DNA from: an uncultured bacterium
Lineage (GTDB): Bacteria > RBG-13-66-14
NCBI GenBank assembly: GCA_964436465.1
Contig: CAYTCV010000001.1
Span: 31,852 to 95,851, forward strand
DNA: 64,000 nt
Direction: 5' to 3'
Made by a program: the position numbers and the translations under genes. Of this stretch, positions 52,289 through 61,160 are shown piece by piece. The notes below the pieces were generated by a model. That model was not told where the DNA came from. It worked only from the letters and a program-made list of their open reading frames with translations, and did no database searches. Positions within the stretch are counted from its first letter, which is position 1. Every line of letters begins with the position of its first letter.

Positions 52289-53293
52289 TTGAGCCCAGAA
52301 ATAATCACCCTGGCCCACGGCGGCGGCGGCATCGCCTCGCGGCGCCTGCTCACCGAGCACCTGCTGCCGCGGCTGGAATCGGCGGCGCTCCGGCCGTTGG
52401 GCGATTCGGCGCTGGTGGACGTCCCCTCGGGCCGAATCGCGCTGACGACCGACAGCTACGTGATTCAGCCCTGGCGCTTCCCCGGCGGCGACATCGGCCA
52501 GCTGGCGGTATGCGGGACGGTCAACGACCTGGCGGTGACGGGCGCCCGGCCGCTATACCTCACCCTGGGGCTGATTCTCGAAGAGGGCCTATCGCTCGCG
52601 GACCTGGACGCGGTCATCGACTCTGTGGCGCGGACGGCGGGGGAGGCCGGGGTCGAGGTCGTGGCCGGGGACACCAAGGTGGTCAACCGGGGCGACGCCG
52701 ACGGCCTTTACATCAACACGGCGGGGGTCGGCGTCTTCGACGAAGGTCACGCGCAGCTTCCCGGGCCGCGGTCCGGCGATAAGCTCCTCGTCACCGGGGC
52801 CCTGGGGGACCACGGCCTGGCGGTGATGGCCGCCCGAGAGAAATTGCCCCTGAAAAGCGAGCTCGTTTCCGATTGCGCCCCGCTCGCGGGGCTGGTCGAG
52901 GCGATGCGCGGGGCGGGTGAAATCCACTGGATGCGGGACTGCACGAGAGGCGGGCTGGCCTCGGCGGCCAACGAGCTGGCGGAGGATTTTAGTATGGGCG
53001 TTCGCCTGGCCGAGGAACGACTGGTAGTTCACGACGCGGCGGCGGCGGTGGCCGAGCTTCTGGGTCTCGATATCCTCCACGTGGCCAACGAGGGCGTAAT
53101 CCTGGCCGCGGTGGCGGAGAAGGACGCCGGGCGGGTCCTGGCGGCGGCCCGCGCGCACGTCTACGGCCGGGAGGCGTCCTTGGCCGGCGCCCTGACGGAG
53201 ACCCACCCGCGCCGGGTCGTCCTCGAAACGGCCGTCGGCGGGGAGAGAATCGTGGACATGCTCAGCGGCGAGCAACTCCCCCGCATCTGCTAG
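52289..53293 (+). CDS. hypE: hydrogenase maturation carbamoyl dehydratase HypE
   Basis: TTG start; LAHGGGG, TDSYVIQPWRFPGGDIGQLAVCGTVNDLAV, DTKVVNRG, LVTGALGDHG, ELVSDCAPL and the diagnostic C-terminal PRIC. Confidence 0.9.
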   Translation: MSPEIITLAHGGGGIASRRLLTEHLLPRLESAALRPLGDSALVDVPSGRIALTTDSYVIQPWRFPGGDIGQLAVCGTVNDLAVTGARPLYLTLGLILEEGLSLADLDAVIDSVARTAGEAGVEVVAGDTKVVNRGDADGLYINTAGVGVFDEGHAQLPGPRSGDKLLVTGALGDHGLAVMAAREKLPLKSELVSDCAPLAGLVEAMRGAGEIHWMRDCTRGGLASAANELAEDFSMGVRLAEERLVVHDAAAAVAELLGLDILHVANEGVILAAVAEKDAGRVLAAARAHVYGREASLAGALTETHPRRVVLETAVGGERIVDMLSGEQLPRIC

Positions 53294-53355
53294 TGTCCGC
53301 CCGGGGAATGTGTTAATCTTCCGGCGAATCTTATCGTTCACCCGAAGGAGACGAG

Positions 53356-54402
53356 ATGGCAGAGGGTACTGGTGGGGAAAAGGCGCGCAACCTGGAGGCG
53401 GCCTTCGCCCAAATCGAGCGGAAATACGGCAAAGGCGCGATTATGCGCATGGGCGGGGAAGGCGAACGGGACATAGACGTCATCCCCACCGGCTCTCTCT
53501 CCATAGACCGCGCCCTGGGCGTGGGCGGTCTCCCCCGGGGTCGAATCATCGAAATCTACGGCCCCGAGGCCAGCGGCAAGACCACCCTCACCCTGCACGT
53601 CATCGCCAGCGCCCAGTCGTTGGGCGGCATAGCGGCTTTCATCGACGTGGAGCACGCCCTGGACGTCAATTACGCGAAAAACCTCGGCATCAACATCGAG
53701 GAGCTGCTTGTCAGCCAGCCCGACACCGGGGAGCAGGCGCTGGAAATCGTGGAGATGCTCGTCCGCTCGGGCGCCGTGGACCTCGTGGTGGTGGACTCCG
53801 TGGCGGCCCTGGTCCCCCGGGTTGAAATCGAGGGCGAGATGGGCGACAGCCACGTGGCCCTGCAGGCCCGGCTGATGAGTCAGGCCCTGCGCAAGCTTAC
53901 CGGCGTGGTGAGCCGTTCCCACTGCTGCATCCTCTTCACCAACCAAATCCGCGAGAAGGTCGGCGTGGTTTTCGGCAATCCCGAGATAACACCGGGCGGA
54001 CGGGCGCTCAAGTTCTACACCACGGTGCGCATGGAGGTGCGCCGCATAGGCTCGTTGAAGGTCGGCGGCGACAACATCGGCAACCGCAGCCGGGTCAAGG
54101 TGGTCAAGAATAAGGTCGCCCCGCCGTTCAAGGAAGCCGAGTTCGACATCATTTTCGGTCAGGGCATCAACCGCGTGGGCGAGGTCATCGACCTCGGCGT
54201 GGAGGCCGGCGTCATCGAGAAGTCGGGGAGCTGGTTTTCATACGAAGGCGAGCGGTTGGGTCAGGGCAAGGAAAACGTCAAGGAGTCGCTCGACGAAAAG
54301 CCGGAGATGCTGGCGACCATCGAGGCCAAGGTGCGCGACTTCTTCGGCATCCCGGCGCAGAAGGGCGCCGCGAAGCCCAAGAAAGAGGCCGCCGCGGAGT
54401 GA
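53356..54402 (+). CDS. recA: recombinase RecA
   Basis: GPEASGKTT Walker A, full-length RecA similarity including the L1/L2 loop regions. Confidence 0.97.
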   Translation: MAEGTGGEKARNLEAAFAQIERKYGKGAIMRMGGEGERDIDVIPTGSLSIDRALGVGGLPRGRIIEIYGPEASGKTTLTLHVIASAQSLGGIAAFIDVEHALDVNYAKNLGINIEELLVSQPDTGEQALEIVEMLVRSGAVDLVVVDSVAALVPRVEIEGEMGDSHVALQARLMSQALRKLTGVVSRSHCCILFTNQIREKVGVVFGNPEITPGGRALKFYTTVRMEVRRIGSLKVGGDNIGNRSRVKVVKNKVAPPFKEAEFDIIFGQGINRVGEVIDLGVEAGVIEKSGSWFSYEGERLGQGKENVKESLDEKPEMLATIEAKVRDFFGIPAQKGAAKPKKEAAAE

Positions 54403-54477
54403 CCGTCCGTGGTTTTCGGGGCGCATATACGGCGGGGGCTGCGGTCCCCGTTTTTTACCGCGCCCTTGTACGACGCG

Positions 54478-54510
54478 AAAAAAAACGGCGCCCGGGCGCC
54501 GACTTTTTTA
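54478..54510. terminator. bidirectional rho-independent terminator between recA and the convergent membrane-protein gene
   Basis: A8-CGGCGCCCGGGCGCCG (perfect palindrome)-ACTTTTTT. Confidence 0.5.
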
Positions 54511-54530
54511 AAAATTTTCCCAAGGGATGC

Positions 54531-54938
54531 CTAATACTCCGATGGCTTGTCGCCGATGACGCCCTTTAAAACCAGAATCCCAACCGCGACCAGCGCCAGG
54601 CCGACCCAGCCCGGAATCGAGGTCCAGAAGCCTATCCACAGCGGAAGTCCCATGAAGGTGCAGCCCAGAAAACACGCGAGGCCGATGAAGAAGAGTATCA
54701 ACCCGGAGGTGAAGAATCCCGCCGCCCGCTGCCGGGGCGTTTTCGGCTTACGTTCGATGTCGGTAAGCCAGTCGGGCGGCGTGATGCCCTGCCGTAGCGC
54801 CTCCATCCTCTCCTCGTGAACCAGCTTCTTCCTCCGGAAGTCCAGCCAAATGGCCAGCATCCCGATGCCGATTCCCATGAAGACCGCGGTGAATCCGACT
54901 ACATCCATGAGAGCCCCCGTCCGCAGTATTCGCCTCAC
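54531..54938 (-). CDS. hypothetical small multi-TM membrane protein
   Basis: Three to four hydrophobic helices; may start at the internal MDVVGF (54908). Confidence 0.45.
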   Translation of the reverse strand: MRRILRTGALMDVVGFTAVFMGIGIGMLAIWLDFRRKKLVHEERMEALRQGITPPDWLTDIERKPKTPRQRAAGFFTSGLILFFIGLACFLGCTFMGLPLWIGFWTSIPGWVGLALVAVGILVLKGVIGDKPSEY

Positions 54939-55101
54939 ACCCTAAGATACGCCCCGGGCGGGACCGGTTTCACTGGTGTGCTACCTCCATTTCACCTTGA
55001 CGATACTACCACATCGTCCTACCATTGGAAAATAGAGTCAGGCGCAGGGAAACCCGTCGAAGCGAACCGGGTCGCGCTCCGGTGAATACTTGAGCGAAGG
55101 C

Positions 55102-55229
55102 GTATCCGCGACGGCGAGCCGTTAATCCGCGACGGCGAGCCGTGTATCTGCGACGGCGAAGCCGTGAATCCGCGACGGCGAGCCGTGTATCTGCGACGGC
55201 GAAGCCGTGAATCCGCGACGGCGAGCCGT
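55102..55229. repeat. six tandem 21-22 bp direct repeats (GAATCCGCGACGGCGAGCCGT consensus) in a divergent intergenic region
   Basis: Units at 55102, 55123, 55144, 55166, 55187 and 55209 alternate between two variants (ATCCGCGACGGCGAGCCGT / ATCTGCGACGGCGAAGCCGT); they lie 45-175 bp upstream of the ECF sigma gene start and 165-290 bp from the divergent membrane-protein gene start. Confidence 0.8.
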
Positions 55230-55275
55230 GAAACCGCTCCGCCCTTTTTTGTATCGAAGGGTATGAAAGCCGTTT

Positions 55276-55860
55276 TTGTTGGAGACGGAACGGGAACAGG
55301 AACTGATTCGCCGGGCGATAGAGGGCGACGAGAACGCATTCGCCGAGCTGGTGCACGCTACACAGGATTTAGTTTATACGTGCTGTTACCGCGTCCTGCG
55401 GGAGCCCCGGGCGGCCGAGGAAGCCGCGAACGAGGCCTACCTGCGGGCCTGGCGCGGCCTGGCCGGTTTCCGCTTCCAGGCGAAATTCTCCAGTTGGATT
55501 TTCCGCATCGCCCACAACGCCGCGGTGAGGATGGCGACCCGTCGGCGCCTGGAAACGGTCTCCATGGACGACGAGGAGCACCCCGGCCTGGCGCAGGCGG
55601 CCGTGGACGAGCCTACGGCGGAGCGCGCCCTGGAGGCGGACGGCGAGTTGACGCTCGTGCGCGGGCTGCTGGACGAGCTGCCGGAGAACGAGCGCCGGGC
55701 CATCGAGCTGGCGTACCTGGAGGGTGTGGATTACCGCGACGCCGCCGCGGCCCTCGGGTGCCCCGTGGCCACCCTCAAGACCTGGGTTCATCGCGGAAGG
55801 AAGCGGCTGCGGGAGCTCTACATCGAGCGGACGGGCGGTCCGTTCCGGGTTGCCGAATGA
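55276..55860 (+). CDS. ECF-type RNA polymerase sigma factor (sigma-70 family region 2 + region 4)
   Basis: TTG start; region 2 (FAELVHATQDLVYTCCYRVL...AEEAANEAYLRAWRGL) and region 4 HTH (LPENERRAIELAYLEGVDYRDAAAALGCPVATLKTWVHRGRKRL). Confidence 0.85.
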   Translation: MLETEREQELIRRAIEGDENAFAELVHATQDLVYTCCYRVLREPRAAEEAANEAYLRAWRGLAGFRFQAKFSSWIFRIAHNAAVRMATRRRLETVSMDDEEHPGLAQAAVDEPTAERALEADGELTLVRGLLDELPENERRAIELAYLEGVDYRDAAAALGCPVATLKTWVHRGRKRLRELYIERTGGPFRVAE

Positions 55861-55894
55861 TTGTATATTAGGCTATGCTTTACGAGGGGTGAAC

Positions 55895-56590
55895 ATGGAC
55901 GCCGACGAGCTGCGGGACTTTTTAGACCACGGTGGTCGGTCGAGCGGGGAGAGGGGGAGTCGCGGAAATATGAACGCCGACGAGCTGAGGGAGCTTTTGG
56001 ACCGGTACGCGGCCGGTGAGCTTCCCCCCGAGGAGCGGGAGGCCTTCCGGAGCGCCCTGGAGAGGGTCCGCCGGAAGGCAGAAGGCGTCGAGGAGCGGGT
56101 CGGCCGGCTGGAGGAAAAAATCACCGACCGGGTGAACCGGGCCGTGGAGAAGATTGACACCCGGCTGGCCGAGGGCGGGGAGAAGCTCCGACGCAAGCTG
56201 GACCTCCTGGATGAGCTGAACCTCGCCCGGCGCATCGAGGAAAAACTACACCGGGTGGTGCTCTTCCGAGCACCGGAGAATCTGAGCGCCGCCGTGATGC
56301 GGGGCGTTTGTGCCGAGAAGCGGCCGAAGGTGGTCATTCCGCCGATGCGCCGCTCGCTGATGCCCGCCGTGCTACTGGGGGGCGGCCTCCTCGTGGCGCT
56401 GACCGTCGGCGCCGCCGCCATCCTGCCCATGTTCGGGGTAAACCTCGGGGTAAATCTCGGCGGGCTTCCCGACTGGTTCACCTGGATTCCCGCCGGTCTT
56501 TCGGCCTGCTTCGGCGCCGGCATGGTCCTGCGGACCCTTCTGCGCTCCCGGAACGACCCGGCCTTCCGGACCGCCGTAAAAAAAGGGTAG
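55895..56590 (+). CDS. anti-sigma factor candidate (membrane-spanning), with duplicated N-terminal segment
   Basis: Immediately downstream of the ECF sigma gene; N-terminal ELRELLDRYAAGELPPEEREAF anti-sigma-like helix, coiled-coil middle, C-terminal TM segments; MDADELRDFLD and MNADELRELLD are a tandem duplication, so the start may be 55895 or 55970. Confidence 0.5.
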   Translation: MDADELRDFLDHGGRSSGERGSRGNMNADELRELLDRYAAGELPPEEREAFRSALERVRRKAEGVEERVGRLEEKITDRVNRAVEKIDTRLAEGGEKLRRKLDLLDELNLARRIEEKLHRVVLFRAPENLSAAVMRGVCAEKRPKVVIPPMRRSLMPAVLLGGGLLVALTVGAAAILPMFGVNLGVNLGGLPDWFTWIPAGLSACFGAGMVLRTLLRSRNDPAFRTAVKKG

Positions 56591-56596
56591 GAATAG

Positions 56597-57064
56597 ATGG
56601 ACGGGGACCTTCTGCCCGACGGACGGCGCGAGATGAGCGTCTTGTTCACCAACCTCGAAGGCTTTAAGGGGCTGGCCGAGAAGCTGGGCGATGAAGGGGC
56701 GGCCTCGCTCCTGGCCGAATACTACGACGCCGTGGGCCGGATAGTCGAAAAGCACGGTGGGGTGGTGGACAAGCTCATGGGCGAAGGCGTCCTAGCCACG
56801 TTCAACGCCGTGGCCGAACTGGAGGACCACGGCCCGGTGGCGCGTCGGGCGGCGGAGGAGATAATCGCCGAGGTCTCCCGGCTGACGGCCGGGGGCGGTC
56901 CGCTACGGGCGGCGGTGGGCGTGGCGTCCGGTCCCGCCGATGTTCGTACCTTTTCCGCCGGCTCGTACACCGCCACCACCGTAGTCGGCGGGACGGTGAG
57001 CCGCGCCGCCCAGGCCGCGCGCGGACGACGTTACGGCTCGGTTTCCGACACCGACGCGAAGTAG
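56597..57064 (+). CDS. class III adenylate/guanylate cyclase-homology domain protein, catalytically degenerate
   Basis: MSVLFTNLEGFKGLAE...HGGVVDKLMGEGVLATFN aligns with the FTDIVGFT...GG.VDKFIGD cyclase core, but both metal-binding Asp positions are N and E; 155 aa, standalone. Confidence 0.55.
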   Translation: MDGDLLPDGRREMSVLFTNLEGFKGLAEKLGDEGAASLLAEYYDAVGRIVEKHGGVVDKLMGEGVLATFNAVAELEDHGPVARRAAEEIIAEVSRLTAGGGPLRAAVGVASGPADVRTFSAGSYTATTVVGGTVSRAAQAARGRRYGSVSDTDAK

Positions 57065-57146
57065 GCGTCCGTTTCACGATGAATCCCGCCCCGGCGGGGT
57101 TTTTTCCATATTTGACGCCCGCGGCGGCCTGGGATAAGATAGCCCC

Positions 57147-58583
57147 ATGCTCAACGGGTCCCCAGCGGTCGAGCCCTACAGCGTCAGCGCGCTGACCGCC
57201 CTCATCAAGGGCACCCTCGAGGAGCGCTACGCCGGGGTCTGGGTGGCCGGGGAGCTTTCCGACGTGAAACTGGCCGCCAGCGGCCACCTGTACTTCCGCC
57301 TGAAGGACGAGGGCGCGGTGCTGGGCTGCGCCATGTTCCGGCCGCGGCCCCAGCGCCTCGGCTTCGTCCCCGCGGACGGGCAGGAAGTCGTGGCCCGGGG
57401 CGACGTCTCCGTCTACCCGCCCCGGGGCAGCTACCAGCTCATCTGCGACGAATTGGTCCTGCGCGGGCTGGGGGAGCTTCAGCGGGCCTTCGAGGAGCTG
57501 AAGCGCAGGCTGGCCGCCGAGGGGCTTTTCGCCGCCGAGGGAAAACGGCCGCTGCCGCGCCTGCCGAAACGGGTGGGGGTGGTCACCAGCCGCGACGGTG
57601 CGGCCCTGCGCGACATCCTGCGCGTCCTGGCGCGCCGTCACGCCGGCCTGGACGTGGTTCTCCGGCATGCACAGGTCCAGGGCGAGGGCGCCGGGGCGGA
57701 GCTGGCCCGCGCCGTGGAGGAACTCGGAGCCTCGGGGCTGGTGGACGTGCTCATCGTCGGGCGGGGCGGCGGTTCCTACGAGGACCTGTTCTGCTTCAAC
57801 GACGAACGGCTGATTCGGGCGATTCGCGCCTGCCCGGTGCCGGTCATCTCCGCCGTGGGGCACGAGGTGGACGTGACGTTGGCGGACCTGGCGGCCGACG
57901 TGCGGGCCCCAACCCCCAGCGCCGCCGCCGAGATGGTCACCGCCGAGCGCGACGAGCTGCGCCGCCGCGTCGTCGCCGGGAAAAACTCCATCCGCCGCGT
58001 CGCCGCGGACCGGGTGAAGCTCGAGCGGCAGCGGCTCGAAAATATGGCCAAAACCCTCTCCGCGGAGCGGCTGGACGGTTATCTGAACCTCCGCCGCCAG
58101 CGGGTGGACGGCCTGGGCGAGCGCCTGCGGCACGCCTCACTTTCGGCTCTGGACGCGGGGAGGTCCGCCTTCGCGCGGCTTCGGCTGGCCCTCTATCGAA
58201 CCCATGCGGTCCCCCGCCTGCGCGAGAGGGCCCTATCCGGCCTCGTCCGCCGATTGAGCCTGTCCGCCTCGGGCGGAATAAACGCCCGGCGCGTGCAATT
58301 GAGCACCGGGTCCGGAAAGCTCGTCGCCCTCGACCCCCGGGCCGTCATCGGTCGGGGCTACGGTTATCTTTCGCGCAGGGGCGCGTCCGTGCGTTCCATT
58401 AAAGAACTGCATCCGTCCGACGAACTGGGCGTGACCGTCCGCGACGGGACGGCGCTCACCGTGGTCAGGAGGACTTTTGGGGAAAAAGCCGACCTTCGAG
58501 GAGGCGATGGAGAGGCTGGAGGCCATCGTCGCCGAGCTCGAGAGCGGGGGGTACCCCCTGGACAGACTGACCTCCCTCTTTGA
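57147..58583 (+). CDS. xseA: exodeoxyribonuclease VII large subunit
   Basis: N-terminal OB-fold (YSVSALTALIKGTLE, GHLYFRLKDE), catalytic core (VGVVTSRDGAALRDIL, IVGRGGGSYEDL); the 3' end overlaps xseB by 107 nt in another frame. Confidence 0.85.
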   Translation: MLNGSPAVEPYSVSALTALIKGTLEERYAGVWVAGELSDVKLAASGHLYFRLKDEGAVLGCAMFRPRPQRLGFVPADGQEVVARGDVSVYPPRGSYQLICDELVLRGLGELQRAFEELKRRLAAEGLFAAEGKRPLPRLPKRVGVVTSRDGAALRDILRVLARRHAGLDVVLRHAQVQGEGAGAELARAVEELGASGLVDVLIVGRGGGSYEDLFCFNDERLIRAIRACPVPVISAVGHEVDVTLADLAADVRAPTPSAAAEMVTAERDELRRRVVAGKNSIRRVAADRVKLERQRLENMAKTLSAERLDGYLNLRRQRVDGLGERLRHASLSALDAGRSAFARLRLALYRTHAVPRLRERALSGLVRRLSLSASGGINARRVQLSTGSGKLVALDPRAVIGRGYGYLSRRGASVRSIKELHPSDELGVTVRDGTALTVVRRTFGEKADLRGGDGEAGGHRRRARERGVPPGQTDLPL

Positions 58584-58716
58584 GGAGGGACTTGCCCTGG
58601 CGAAACTCTGCCAGTCCCAACTCGACGCCACCGAGCGCCGACTCACCGAGCTGGCCAAGGGCGACGACGGCTCCCCCGTCGAGCGCCCCCTGGACCTGCC
58701 CGACGTGGAGGGATGA
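58477..58716 (+). CDS. xseB: exodeoxyribonuclease VII small subunit
   Basis: TFEEAMERLEAIVAELESGGYPLDRL...EEGLALAKLCQSQL, the typical XseB helix-hairpin. Confidence 0.8.
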   Translation: MGKKPTFEEAMERLEAIVAELESGGYPLDRLTSLFEEGLALAKLCQSQLDATERRLTELAKGDDGSPVERPLDLPDVEG

Positions 58717-59615
58717 ACTTGGCCGTTGAGCTCAAGACCTATCTGGAACAGAAGCGGGCCTTCGTCGACGGCGAGCTGGCCAGGCTCCTGCCGAACCGAG
58801 GGGCCTACCCGCCCGACGTTCACGAGGCGCTGCACTACGCCGTCTTTTCCGGCGGCAAGCGCCTGCGGGCGATTCTGGTCCTGACAACCGCCGAGGCGAT
58901 TGCCGACGAGTTGCCCGACGGGGCCTCCGAGGCGGCCTGCGCCGTCGAGTGCGTTCACAACTACTCCCTGGTCCACGACGACCTGCCCTGCATGGACGCG
59001 GACGAGCTGCGGCGGGGTCGGCCCACGGTATGGAAAAAGTACGGGGAGGCGGTGGCCGTCCTGACCGGGGACGCACTCCTGACCGTGGCGTTCCAGATTC
59101 TGGCCCTGGGGGCCACGCGGGAGCTCGAGCTCTCCGACCGCCTGCTGCTGTGCTCTCAGGAACTGGCGGTGGCCTCGGGCACCTTCGGGATGGTCGGCGG
59201 CCAGGCGGCGGACGTGGCCAACGAGGGCACCGACGTCGATGCCTCCATGCTGAACTTCATCCACACCCTCAAGACGGGGGCGCTCATCCGCTGCGCCTGT
59301 CGGATGGGGGCGATTCTCGCCCGGGCCGACGACCCCCGGCTCGTGGCCGCCACGCGCTACGGGGAGCATCTCGGCCTGGCGTTTCAAATCGCCGACGACC
59401 TGTTGAACGTCGGCGGCGACGAGGCGAAGCTGGGCAAGTCCGTGGGCTCGGACGAAAAGCGGGGCAAGAACACCTTTCCGAAAATTCACGGGGTCGAAAA
59501 ATCGCGGGAGATGGCGAAAAAACACACCGATTACGCCGTGGAAGAGGCGAAGCGCCTGCCCCGGCCGGAGATTCTGGTGGAGCTGGCGCGGTTCGCCGTC
59601 GAGAGGGACCACTAG
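58713..59615 (+). CDS. ispA: polyprenyl synthetase (farnesyl/geranylgeranyl diphosphate synthase)
   Basis: First DDxxD motif LVHDDLPCMDADELRRG and second FQIADDLLN; xseB-ispA linkage conserved; ATGA overlap with the xseB stop. Confidence 0.9.
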   Translation: MNLAVELKTYLEQKRAFVDGELARLLPNRGAYPPDVHEALHYAVFSGGKRLRAILVLTTAEAIADELPDGASEAACAVECVHNYSLVHDDLPCMDADELRRGRPTVWKKYGEAVAVLTGDALLTVAFQILALGATRELELSDRLLLCSQELAVASGTFGMVGGQAADVANEGTDVDASMLNFIHTLKTGALIRCACRMGAILARADDPRLVAATRYGEHLGLAFQIADDLLNVGGDEAKLGKSVGSDEKRGKNTFPKIHGVEKSREMAKKHTDYAVEEAKRLPRPEILVELARFAVERDH

Positions 59616-60932
59616 TTGCCGACCGCAAGTACCAGGCCGCTGCTGCTCAAGGGCGGGACGGTGGTGGACCCCGTCCGGGGCTTCTTCGCGAAAACCGACG
59701 TGCTGTTGCGCGGCGGGCGGGTGGCCGCCGTGGAGCGGGGTCTCGCCGACCGGGCGGCGGAAGTCATTGACTGCGGCGAGCTTTTCATCGTGCCCGGCCT
59801 GGTGGACATGCACGTCCACCTGCGCGAGCCGGGTCTGGAGGACAAGGAAACCATCGCCACCGGAACGCGGGCGGCGGCGCTGGGCGGATTCACCTCCATC
59901 GCCTGCAAGGCGAACACCGGCCAGTTCGTGGACAACGAGGCGGCGGTGGAGTACGTCCGCGCCATGGCGGAGTTGCGCGGGCTGGTGAACGTCTTCCCCA
60001 TCGCGGCCCTGACGGAAGGACTGGCCGGGGCCGGAATCGCCCCGCTCCACGAGCTCCGGGAAGCGGGGGCGGTCGCCCTCTCCGACGACGGTCACCCGGT
60101 CCGCCGCTCCGGTCTCCTCCTCAACGCCCTGAAATACGCCCGGGATATCGGCTTTCTGGTCATCAGCCACGCCGAGGAGGAGGCGCTCTCCGCGGGCGGC
60201 GTGGTGTCCGCGGGCCCGTCGGCCACGGCGGCCGGGCTGGAGCCCATCCTGGCCGAGGCCGAAGAGGTGGGCACGGTCAGGGATATCCTCGTGGCGGCCC
60301 GCGTCGGGGTGCCGCTTCATGTGGACCACGTCTCCACGGCCCGCTCCGTGGAGATGGTGCGCGACGCCCGACGGCGCGGCTTCGACGTCACCGCCGAGGC
60401 GACGCCCCACCACTTCTGTCTGGACCGGACGTCCCTCCCGGACGATTTCGACCCGAAGACCAAGGTCAATCCGCCGATTCGCTCCGCCGCGGACCGCGAG
60501 GCGGTGGTCGCCGGGCTGCGGGACGGAACGCTGGAGGTCATCGCCAGCGACCACGCCCCGCACACCGTGGCGGAGAAGGACCAGCCGTACCAGACCGCCC
60601 CCTTCGGAATAGTGGGGCTCGAGACGACGCTGGGGCTGACGCTGACCTACCTGGTGGAAACCGGGCATCTTTCCTTCGGCGAGGCGGTGGAGCGGCTCTC
60701 CACCAATCCGGCGCGACGGCTGGGGCTTGCGGGAAAGGGCGAACTCGGGGTGGGCTCGGCGGCCGATATTACGGTAATCGACCGGGGCGAGCGGTGGACG
60801 GTGGACCCGGATAAATTCGCCGGCAAGGGGGTCAACACGCCCTTCGCCGGGTGGGAGCTCACCGGCCGCGCCGTGTGCACGGTGGTCGGGGGGCGGGTCG
60901 TGATGCACGACGGCGCCCTCATCGGGGATTGA
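59616..60932 (+). CDS. pyrC: dihydroorotase (multifunctional-complex type)
   Basis: TTG start right after the ispA stop; DMHVHLREPG, metal-ligand His/Asp pattern (HVDHVST, ASDHAPH) of the amidohydrolase superfamily dihydroorotases. Confidence 0.85.
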   Translation: MPTASTRPLLLKGGTVVDPVRGFFAKTDVLLRGGRVAAVERGLADRAAEVIDCGELFIVPGLVDMHVHLREPGLEDKETIATGTRAAALGGFTSIACKANTGQFVDNEAAVEYVRAMAELRGLVNVFPIAALTEGLAGAGIAPLHELREAGAVALSDDGHPVRRSGLLLNALKYARDIGFLVISHAEEEALSAGGVVSAGPSATAAGLEPILAEAEEVGTVRDILVAARVGVPLHVDHVSTARSVEMVRDARRRGFDVTAEATPHHFCLDRTSLPDDFDPKTKVNPPIRSAADREAVVAGLRDGTLEVIASDHAPHTVAEKDQPYQTAPFGIVGLETTLGLTLTYLVETGHLSFGEAVERLSTNPARRLGLAGKGELGVGSAADITVIDRGERWTVDPDKFAGKGVNTPFAGWELTGRAVCTVVGGRVVMHDGALIGD

Positions 60933-60935
60933 CGC

Positions 60936-61160
60936 ATGCCGCTCGATAAATCGCTGACCAACGGCGACCGGGTGGAGACCATTCTCCATCCGGCGAAGGT
61001 CCTGGCCTTCACCCGGGACCGGGGGGTCATCGAGAACATCCCGGAGCCGCCGGTGGACCGCTCCCTGCTCATCGGGGACGAGGGACGCGCGTTCGATAAA
61101 TCGGTGCGCCTCGCCCGGGGCCTCGAACCGGCGTCGAACGGGGGCTTTTTTTCGCCATGA
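60936..61160 (+). CDS. hypothetical small protein
   Basis: 74 aa ORF packed between pyrC (3-nt gap) and the pilin-like gene (ATGA overlap); no recognised motif. Confidence 0.3.
   Translation: MPLDKSLTNGDRVETILHPAKVLAFTRDRGVIENIPEPPVDRSLLIGDEGRAFDKSVRLARGLEPASNGGFFSP

Noticed and set aside
55095-55245. Possible mini-CRISPR array at the tandem 21-22 bp repeats
   Set aside because: Units are directly abutting with no unique spacers and there are no cas genes nearby; it is a simple tandem repeat.
56597-57064. Active adenylate/guanylate cyclase call
   Set aside because: The two catalytic metal-binding aspartates are replaced by Asn and Glu, so it is annotated as a degenerate cyclase-homology domain rather than an enzyme.
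58233-60989. 918-aa minus-strand ORF opposite xseB-ispA-pyrC
   Set aside because: Three plus-strand genes with strong family signatures occupy this DNA.
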